Below, piece by piece: positions 26,826-32,000 of a stretch of DNA of 32,000 nt. The DNA comes from Candidatus Kuenenia stuttgartensis (lineage in GTDB: Bacteria > Planctomycetota > Brocadiia > Brocadiales > Brocadiaceae): the NCBI RefSeq assembly GCF_900232105.1, contig NZ_LT934425.1, positions 2,790,001 to 2,822,000 on the forward strand, in the 5' to 3' direction. Positions within the stretch are counted from its first letter, which is position 1. Every line of letters begins with the position of its first letter. Below the pieces are notes generated by a model that worked only from the letters and a program-made list of their open reading frames with translations, had not been told where the DNA came from and ran no database searches. The translations under genes were made by a program, and so were the position numbers.

Positions 26826-26929
26826 TACGCCACTGAACTTCAATTCATCCTGTAAGCCGGGGTTAAAGTACGAAACCCAACCGTTCGGTAAATACCGCAA
26901 ACCGTTTGCTAAAATAAGATAAAACAAAA

Positions 26930-28510
26930 ATGCAAGACATTTTGACAATTAAAGAAGCCAGTGAATGGGCGACAAACTACCTGAAAAAAAATGTAACGAC
27001 TTCAAATATTTCTTACTTAATACAATACGGAAGGATTAAAAAGATTGGAGACAATGGAACGGTACAGGTTTCCAGACAGGACTTAATAAATTACTACAAA
27101 TCTTTCAATGGCAAACGAGAAGTCTCCTGGAAAGACCAACTCGGTAACGACTTAAATTGGGCTTTATCATTTGACCAATACAAAGAAGCAGAAACAACCA
27201 AGCATGTTCACCGGCTTCATCCTTACAAGGGCAAATTCATTCCTCAACTTGTAGAGTATTTTCTTGACGACCACACCGACAATTTCAAAACAGAGATATA
27301 TTTTAAAAAAGGTGACATTATTCTAGACCCTTTTTCCGGTAGCGGCACTACAATGGTTCAATGTTGCGAACTTGGAATGCATGCACTTGGTATTGATGTT
27401 TCAGTATTCAATGCTCTTATTGCAAATTGTAAAGTGACCAAATATAACTTGATTAATGTCCAAACAGAAATTAACCGCATCACAAAAGCATTAAAAGAAT
27501 TCCTTTTTAATTCACAGACTTTGGAGTTTGAAGAAAAACTGTTACAAGCACTTTATGAATACAACAACAAATATTTCCCTATTCCTGAATATAAATACCG
27601 TTTAAGACAAGGCGAGATTGACGAAGTACAATATGGAGCAGAAAAAGAAAAAGAGTTTTTGCCTGTTTACAACAAACTTCTTAAACAATACGAGCTGAAA
27701 CTCCGCCAGGAAAAATCCGACACGTTTCTTGGCAAATGGTATTCTCAGCATATCCGGGAAGAAATTGAATTCGTATTCAATGAAATTAAGAAAATCAAAA
27801 ACATTGACACCAAGAAAATTATCAGTGTAATTCTAAGCCGGACAATTCGAAGTTGCAGAGCAACTACCCATGCGGACCTTGCGACTCTTATCGAACCAGT
27901 GTCAGCTACTTATTATTGTGCGAAACACGGCAAAATATGTAAACCGCTTTTCTCCATCTTAAAATGGTGGGAAACATATACCCGGGATACCGTTAAACGG
28001 ATCGCCCAGTTTGACAAGCTGAGAACACAAACTTTCCAAGTTTGCCTGACCGGAGATAGCAAGACTATCAACATATTTGAAGAACTACAAAAGAAAAATA
28101 CTGCTTTTGCAGAATTAGCCCTGAAGAAAAAAATCAAAGGTATCTTTTCTTCACCTCCTTATGTAGGGCTGATTGACTACCATGAACAACATGCTTACGC
28201 TTACGATTTGTTTGGATTTAAGCGAAAAGATGAATTAGAAATCGGCCCGCTTTTCAAAGGCAAAGGCAAAGAAGCAAGAGAATCCTATGTTCAAGGAATC
28301 GCTGATGTGCTAAATAACTGTAAAAGATTCATGGTGGAGGGTTACGACGTTTTCCTTGTCGCAAACGACAGGAGTAACCTTTATCCTACGATTGGAGAAA
28401 AAGCAGGAATGCAAATTGTCAATCAATACAAAAGACCCGTATTAAACAGAACCGAGAAAGATAAGGGAGCTTACTCGGAGATTATTTTTCACCTTAAATC
28501 AAAATATTGA
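26930..28510 (+). CDS. DNA methyltransferase (N4/N6-type, class alpha order) with N-terminal HTH domain
   Basis: DPFSGSGTTMVQCCELGMHALGIDVS (motif I) and SSPPYVGLIDYHEQHAYAYDLFG (motif IV). N-terminal TIKEASEWATNYLKKNVTTSNISYLIQYGRIKKI resembles an excisionase/MerR-type HTH. Confidence 0.85.
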   Translation: MQDILTIKEASEWATNYLKKNVTTSNISYLIQYGRIKKIGDNGTVQVSRQDLINYYKSFNGKREVSWKDQLGNDLNWALSFDQYKEAETTKHVHRLHPYKGKFIPQLVEYFLDDHTDNFKTEIYFKKGDIILDPFSGSGTTMVQCCELGMHALGIDVSVFNALIANCKVTKYNLINVQTEINRITKALKEFLFNSQTLEFEEKLLQALYEYNNKYFPIPEYKYRLRQGEIDEVQYGAEKEKEFLPVYNKLLKQYELKLRQEKSDTFLGKWYSQHIREEIEFVFNEIKKIKNIDTKKIISVILSRTIRSCRATTHADLATLIEPVSATYYCAKHGKICKPLFSILKWWETYTRDTVKRIAQFDKLRTQTFQVCLTGDSKTINIFEELQKKNTAFAELALKKKIKGIFSSPPYVGLIDYHEQHAYAYDLFGFKRKDELEIGPLFKGKGKEARESYVQGIADVLNNCKRFMVEGYDVFLVANDRSNLYPTIGEKAGMQIVNQYKRPVLNRTEKDKGAYSEIIFHLKSKY

Positions 28511-29293
28511 ATGGCATTATCAAAAAATCAGAAAGACAGAATCAGTGAATTATTGTCTCAAAAAATAGAGGGTAAGCTAAAAAAGTATGGCAGAGAAACG
28601 ACATCAATGCCATTTCTTGCAAGGTTAATCCAGGACAATGAAAAGATTGCTGCATATTCTTTTATTCATTCACTTGCAACAACCCTTGGAATGTCTATCT
28701 ATGAGGACGTTTCATTGATTATTGCCAGCGAGACAAGTGATGAATGTTTCAAAAGCTACGGAATTGGTGGTGCAATTTCAAGACAACAAAAGTCTGTTAT
28801 TAATAAAATTATTACAGAATTGAGGAATGGCAATAGAACCGCCGACATTAAAAAGGAAATTTCAGAGATAATTGCAACCCCCTCTTCAGGTGGACAATTT
28901 CAAAAGTCAGGTAACATTGCAGATTTCTATATGCGAAGGGGAAACGATGAATGTTACTTTGAAATAAAAACGGTAAAACCAAACATTGACGTTTTTGAAA
29001 AGAGCAAAACAAAATTGCTAGAATGGGTCGCAAGAAAAAGGAAACCTATAAAGGTATTTCTAGCTTTTCCTTACAACCCTTACTATCCGGAACCATATTC
29101 AAGATTTACAGAAGTCGGTATGATGGACCACCCAAACGACTTTCTTATTGGAGAAGAATATTGGAACTTATTGGGAGGTAATAAGACTTTTCAGGAATTA
29201 CTTGACGTATTTGATAAAGTTGGTAAACAATTTAAAGCAAAACTTCAGGAAAAGTTCAAACAAGTTGCAAAAGATAAATTAGATTCCTACTAA
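28511..29293 (+). CDS. Type II restriction endonuclease, TdeIII-like (PD-(D/E)XK)
   Basis: Directly follows the methyltransferase. Motif NIADFYMRRGNDECYFEIKTVKPNIDVFEKSKTKLLEWVA. Confidence 0.75.
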   Translation: MALSKNQKDRISELLSQKIEGKLKKYGRETTSMPFLARLIQDNEKIAAYSFIHSLATTLGMSIYEDVSLIIASETSDECFKSYGIGGAISRQQKSVINKIITELRNGNRTADIKKEISEIIATPSSGGQFQKSGNIADFYMRRGNDECYFEIKTVKPNIDVFEKSKTKLLEWVARKRKPIKVFLAFPYNPYYPEPYSRFTEVGMMDHPNDFLIGEEYWNLLGGNKTFQELLDVFDKVGKQFKAKLQEKFKQVAKDKLDSY

Positions 29294-29368
29294 TTTCATC
29301 TGCTTGTTCCAAAGCTCCTGTTTGTGAACAAGCAGTTTGGTATTTCGGTAGATTGGGGTTGAGGTACG

Positions 29369-29392
29369 AAACCAAACCAAACCAAACCAAAC
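29369..29392. repeat. Pentanucleotide microsatellite (AAACC)4.8
   Basis: aaaccaaaccaaaccaaaccaaac. Confidence 0.95.
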
Positions 29393-29452
29393 AGTTCAAC
29401 TATTCCGGGTAGAAATTTGATTAAGAATTTGCAATCTTTCCAGCAGGACAAA

Positions 29453-32000
29453 TCATTTATTTGTAAAAACAGCCTTCCCATCCTGCATATCTACCATGAT
29501 TTCCGAGCCGTCTGGGAATTTCCCTCCCAAAATTTCCATAGAAAGCGGGTTTTCGATGAGCTGCTGGATGGTGCGCTTTAAAGGCCGTGCGCCAAAATGC
29601 GGGTCATACCCTTCTTCAATCAAAGTCTCTTTTACCCGGTCTGTAACGGTAAGTTTAAGGTTGTTTCTGGCGAGGCGCTTTCGAAGGTCGTTCAATTGTA
29701 TGTCGGCAATCTGTTTGATTAGTTCTTTGGAGAGACTGTGAAAGACAATTGTTTCATCGATACGGTTAAGGAATTCAGGGCGGAAGGTCTCCTTCAGCGC
29801 CTGTTTTACCTCTCTTTTCAGTTCTTCTTCATTTTCAGGGCCGGTTAAATCCTGTATCCACTGGCTTGCGATGTTTGAGGTCATTACAATAATGGTATTC
29901 TTAAAATCAACGGTTCTGCCGTGTCCGTCAGTAAGCCGTCCGTCATCAAAAACCTGAAGCAAGACGTTAAATACATCCCGGTGTGCCTTTTCAATTTCAT
30001 CGAATAGCACCACTGCATAGGGTCTTCTTCTTATAGCCTCAGTGAGTCTTCCGCCTTCTTCGTATCCCACATAACCAGGTGGGGCGCCTATAAGCCGTGC
30101 AACCGAGTGTTGTTCCATGAATTCAGACATGTCGATACGAACCATTGCATCTTCGTTATCAAACAAAAAGGCCGCCAGCGCCTTGCAAAGCTCCGTTTTC
30201 CCAACTCCGGTAGGACCAAGAAACAGGAAGGTACCGATAGGCCGGTTCGGATCCTGGAGTCCGGCGCGTGCACGCCGGATGCCGTTTGACACGGCGGAAA
30301 TTGCCTCTTCCTGACCAACTACCCTCTCTTTCAGTCTTTCTTCCATCTTTAATAGTTTTTCCTTTTCACTTTCCAGCATACGTGATACGGGAATTCCAGT
30401 CCATTTGGCGACTACCATGGCAATGTCATCCTCACCCACCTCCTCATTCAGGAGGGATTTGGATTTTTGCAGTTCCTGTAATTCAAGGTGCTTTTCCTTT
30501 AATTTTCTTTCACATTCAATAATACGTCCATAGCGTATCTCAGCAACCTTTTCTAAATTTCCCTCCCTTTGGGCTGCTTGCTCCTCAATGCGCGCCTGGT
30601 CAATCTTTGCGTTAATGTCCTGTATTTCCTTGATAACCTTCTTTTCGTTTTCCCAGTGTGCCCGGAAAGCCCTGGATTCTTCTTTCAGGTCGGATAATTG
30701 TCTTTCAATTTTCTCTATGCGTTGTTTAGAAGCTTCGTCTTTTTCTTTTTTTAAAGCCTCTTTTTCTATTTCCAATTGCAGGATCTTACGCTCTATCTCA
30801 TCAAGCTCAACAGGCATGCTGTCGATTTCTATCCTTAATTTTGACGCAGCTTCATCGATAAGATCTATTGCCTTGTCGGGCAGAAACCTGTCCGATATGT
30901 ACCGGCTGGAAAGGGTCGCTGCAGCAATAATCGCTGAGTCTGTTATGCGCACTCCGTGATGCACTTCGTATCGTTCTTTTAGTCCGCGCAGGATTGCGAT
31001 AGTGTCTTCAACGGTAGGTTCTCTCACATATACTTGCTGGAACCGTCGTTCCAGGGCGGCGTCTTTTTCAATGTATTTTCTGTATTCATCAAGAGTGGTG
31101 GCGCCCACGCAACGCAGTTCTCCACGCGCCAATGCCGGTTTTAGGAGGTTGGAAGCGTCCATTGCCCCTTCTGCGGCTCCTGCCCCAACCACGGTGTGCA
31201 ATTCATCGATGAAAAGTATTATCTGCCCTTCCTTCTCGCTTATCTCTTTAAGAACCGCCTTAAGACGGTCTTCAAACTCCCCACGGTATTTTGCGCCGGC
31301 AATAAGCGCACCCATATCGAGCGACATTACCCGTTTGTTTTTTAAGCTTTCAGGGATATCTCCGTTTACAATGCGCTGGGCAAGCCCTTCGACGATAGCG
31401 GTTTTTCCCACGCCTGGCTCGCCGATGAGAACGGGATTATTTTTTGTCCTTCGTGACAATACCTGTATTACCCTGCGAATTTCGTCATCACGGCCAATAA
31501 CGGGGTCAAGCTTTCCTCTTTGTGCCAGAGCAACCAGATCTTTACTGTATCGTTCAAGTGCACGGTACTTGTCTTCGGGAGTCTGGTCGGTGACTCTCTG
31601 GCTGCCCCGGATTTCTTTTAAAGCCTTGAGAATATTTTCCCGGTCAATGCCTGCCTCGTTTAATATTTTGCATGCGGAGGTATTTTTTTGCCGTGCCAGC
31701 GCCAGCAGCATATGTTCGGTGCTTAGGTATTCGTCCTTCAGCTTGCCGGCTTCTTCCCATGCAAAGTTTATCATATCGCGCAGTTCCGCACTCACATATG
31801 CCTGCCCCGGCGCTCCTGAGCCGCTTATTTGCGGAAGCTTGTTAACGGCCTCCATTGTTTTATCAAGAACAATATTTGCATCCACACCTAATTTTTGCAG
31901 GAGAGGAACTACGATGCCCTGCTCCTGCGTCAATAAAACCTCCAATACGTGCGCCGAAAGGATTTGCTGCTGCCTCTTTGATTCGGCTAATTCCTGAGCT
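29453..32000 (-). CDS. clpB: ATP-dependent chaperone ClpB (5' end beyond window)
   Basis: [64 protein letters not shown]. Upstream frame [28 protein letters not shown] stays open to the window end. Confidence 0.97.
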   Translation of the reverse strand, partial: AQELAESKRQQQILSAHVLEVLLTQEQGIVVPLLQKLGVDANIVLDKTMEAVNKLPQISGSGAPGQAYVSAELRDMINFAWEEAGKLKDEYLSTEHMLLALARQKNTSACKILNEAGIDRENILKALKEIRGSQRVTDQTPEDKYRALERYSKDLVALAQRGKLDPVIGRDDEIRRVIQVLSRRTKNNPVLIGEPGVGKTAIVEGLAQRIVNGDIPESLKNKRVMSLDMGALIAGAKYRGEFEDRLKAVLKEISEKEGQIILFIDELHTVVGAGAAEGAMDASNLLKPALARGELRCVGATTLDEYRKYIEKDAALERRFQQVYVREPTVEDTIAILRGLKERYEVHHGVRITDSAIIAAATLSSRYISDRFLPDKAIDLIDEAASKLRIEIDSMPVELDEIERKILQLEIEKEALKKEKDEASKQRIEKIERQLSDLKEESRAFRAHWENEKKVIKEIQDINAKIDQARIEEQAAQREGNLEKVAEIRYGRIIECERKLKEKHLELQELQKSKSLLNEEVGEDDIAMVVAKWTGIPVSRMLESEKEKLLKMEERLKERVVGQEEAISAVSNGIRRARAGLQDPNRPIGTFLFLGPTGVGKTELCKALAAFLFDNEDAMVRIDMSEFMEQHSVARLIGAPPGYVGYEEGGRLTEAIRRRPYAVVLFDEIEKAHRDVFNVLLQVFDDGRLTDGHGRTVDFKNTIIVMTSNIASQWIQDLTGPENEEELKREVKQALKETFRPEFLNRIDETIVFHSLSKELIKQIADIQLNDLRKRLARNNLKLTVTDRVKETLIEEGYDPHFGARPLKRTIQQLIENPLSMEILGGKFPDGSEIMVDMQDGKAVFTNK

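Noticed and set aside
31002-31997. 331-aa plus-strand ORF antisense to clpB (also 30588..30959 and 30268..30522)
   Set aside because: Low-complexity Ser/Arg-rich translation antisense to a highly conserved gene; a typical shadow ORF.
1-32000. Possible CRISPR array
   Set aside because: Repeats are few, palindromic and dispersed; there is no regular repeat-spacer spacing and no cas genes.
1-32000. rRNA or tRNA genes
   Set aside because: No cloverleaf-like or conserved rRNA segments were noticed by eye; a tRNAscan-SE/Infernal run would be needed to exclude them formally.

Overview
This 32 kb window is protein-coding with many intergenic repeats. Gene content and repeat style suggest an anammox-like planctomycete, but that is inference only. 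The strongest feature is a small chromosomal integron at about 10.0-13.5 kb. It has a full-length tyrosine recombinase with the IntI-specific insertion (12206..13507, +). Divergent from it is a minus-strand cassette array: a cation-efflux cassette with a good 87-nt attC, a truncated trypsin-like protease cassette, and a nucleotidyltransferase plus small partner cassette with a plausible 59-nt attC. Other notable items: (i) a radical-SAM / ArsM-like methyltransferase fusion whose best start is a non-canonical ATT behind a perfect AGGAGG; (ii) a RAYT/Y1 transposase that keeps its HUH motif but has lost the segment expected to carry the catalytic tyrosine, next to duplicated REP/MITE-like elements; (iii) a YyaL/SPATA20-like thioredoxin-domain gene split by a 2.0 kb IS1634-like element; (iv) a RelE-type toxin-antitoxin pair; (v) an HTH-fused DNA methyltransferase with a TdeIII-like restriction endonuclease; (vi) several dispersed palindromic element families. 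Housekeeping or ordinary genes are hisH, hisA, clpB (partial), a prepilin peptidase, an OmpA-like lipoprotein, a PiT phosphate transporter, a TlpA-like thioredoxin, a glucose-dehydrogenase-like enzyme and a GH63/MGH1-like hydrolase (5' partial). I found no CRISPR array, rRNA or tRNA.
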